Assembly: GCA_964187785.1 (NCBI GenBank)
Contig: OZ076409.1
Span: 4,094,001 to 4,158,000 of the forward strand
Length of the DNA: 64,000 bases
Reading direction: 5' to 3'
Source of the DNA: Amphiscolops sp. MND2022
Taxonomy: Eukaryota
Under the pieces are notes generated by a model. The model saw nothing but the letters and a program-made list of their open reading frames with translations, was not told where the DNA came from and did not search any database. A program made the translations under genes and the position numbers. Shown here piece after piece: positions 62,770 through 64,000 of the stretch (position 1 is its first letter; every line of letters begins with the position of its first letter).

Positions 62770-64000
62770 ATTAATTAAAATTTTGAAGTGTCAATAAAAT
62801 TATCTAAGGATTTGGATTTTAAAAGTGTACTTTTGGGTTTTTTGTTTTGAGTCTCATTGAGGTCATTGACCATTTGTGCTGTAAGAACTTTAAAAAAACC
62901 ATGTGCTATGGAGTTAAAAATGGTAATATTTTTTTTAGATTATATTTAATAGATATTGTTTTGTAAAGTTTGACAATGAGTGTGAGAGTAGTTTGTACAA
63001 AAAGAATGTAGAAAAGTATATACCACATTGTGTGAGAATATAACAAGGGTATATATCCAAAAAGTGCAATAAAAGCATCTGAAAACCATGTAGGCGTAAA
63101 AAGAGGAGTTAAATTCAAGAGTTTATCATGTAGACCTATACGTAATGTATTGTAAGGATTACCAGACTCTTGAGGGGAATCTGCATCATAATTAGGAGTA
63201 TTAGATGAAATGAAAGAATAGCTAAGAGCTTTGCCTAGTAATTGAAGTGTAGAATCAGAATGTTTAGAAAATAAAAAACGATTCCAAAATTGGTCAAGTT
63301 CTGCATTAGAATATATACCAGCATCTTGAGCTGTAAAAGTGTTAGGGCGTATTGTAGTTTTAATTTGTGAAGGTGTAAACATTAGTGGAGGTTTGCGTTT
63401 AATAGGTTCAGGTCCAAGAATATAAAAATCTTGATCATCTGAATCAGGATCTAGTTCAATAATGTTACGTGGATTATTATCACATGTAATTGGTGTAGCA
63501 TAGTCATAAGTTTGTCTTGTAATGGGATCAACGTACATTAAGGTATCTTTATATGTTTAAAATGGATAGGTATACGATCAAAGCATCGATCAGCTTTGTA
63601 TAAAAAAGATAAAAAATGAAGACAGTCATAAAGCCAGGCGGTTGAGCCTTCAATGTATAAGAAAAAACTTCGATAACCGGTTAAAAGAAAACCAGCAAGT
63701 TGAGGGTTTTGTACTGACATTGCGAGTATTGTAAGAAGTTGATTTCGTTCTAATTCACATATTGTATGAAGAGTATTTAGTTCTTGTACTGTCATTGATC
63801 TAAAAACATGGTTAATAGTGTAATCTATTTTCGTGTTTATATGTGCGTCATAATCAATGGTAGCAAAGTTGTTTGAAACATTAAATGCAGGAAATATAAA
63901 TTTGTTATTTGAAGTGTCCAAAACTATTTTACCAGAAATATATTCATCAATCATAGAATGAGGATTGGGTTGTCCTGTATGCATATTGAAACCATCAGTG
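62770..64000 (-). pseudogene. env: Element 3 env glycoprotein, 3' part, frameshifted
   Basis: NNFATIDYDAHINTKID..TVQELNTLHTICELER..YVDPITRQ..AQDAGIYSNAELDQFWNR is nearly identical to element 2 env. Confidence 0.9.

Larger units (their letters stand above)
49406..64000 (-). mobile_element. 3' half of a second env-bearing Gypsy element (element 3), running off the window and split by a BEL/Pao insertion
   Basis: env, ORF4 and ORF5 homologs in the same order as element 2, then TTTTAAATTCCCGGTTGAT and an LTR on the minus strand. Confidence 0.88.

Noticed and set aside
1..64000. Bacterial or phage origin, rRNA or tRNA genes
   Set aside because: The content is eukaryotic LTR and Polinton elements with spliceosomal-type signals; no operons or structural RNA genes were recognised.

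Overview
AT-rich eukaryotic (animal-like) genomic DNA made almost entirely of nested mobile elements; no prokaryotic features. Left to right: (1) the decayed right end of a Polinton/Maverick (adintovirus-type) element, 1-3386, with adenain protease, penton-like and amphipathic-peptide genes and an ACTACT terminus; (2) a decayed Ty3/Gypsy element, 3641-15465, with a 3' antisense/sense accessory cassette and atypical 1.15-kb direct repeats; (3) a 2-kb tandem duplication; (4) fragments of a gag-less Gypsy-derived family whose leader carries an array of covarying three-way-junction RNA motifs (19.2-19.6, 20.5 and 45.6-45.8 kb); (5) candidate exons of a host F5/8-fucolectin-like gene on the minus strand; (6) a nearly intact 18.7-kb Ty3/Gypsy LTR element, 24023-42760 (4-bp TSD), with one gag-pol frame, a chuvirus/gB-like class III envelope gene, three further ORFs and a leader array of covarying hairpins; (7) a solo LTR; (8) the 3' half of a related enveloped element on the minus strand, 49406-64000, into which (9) a very young BEL/Pao element, 52074-60694 (5-bp TSD), has inserted. 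The best candidate for an undescribed system is the complex five-gene enveloped Gypsy lineage together with its structured-RNA leader arrays. All protein family calls come from motif recognition by eye, not from database searches.
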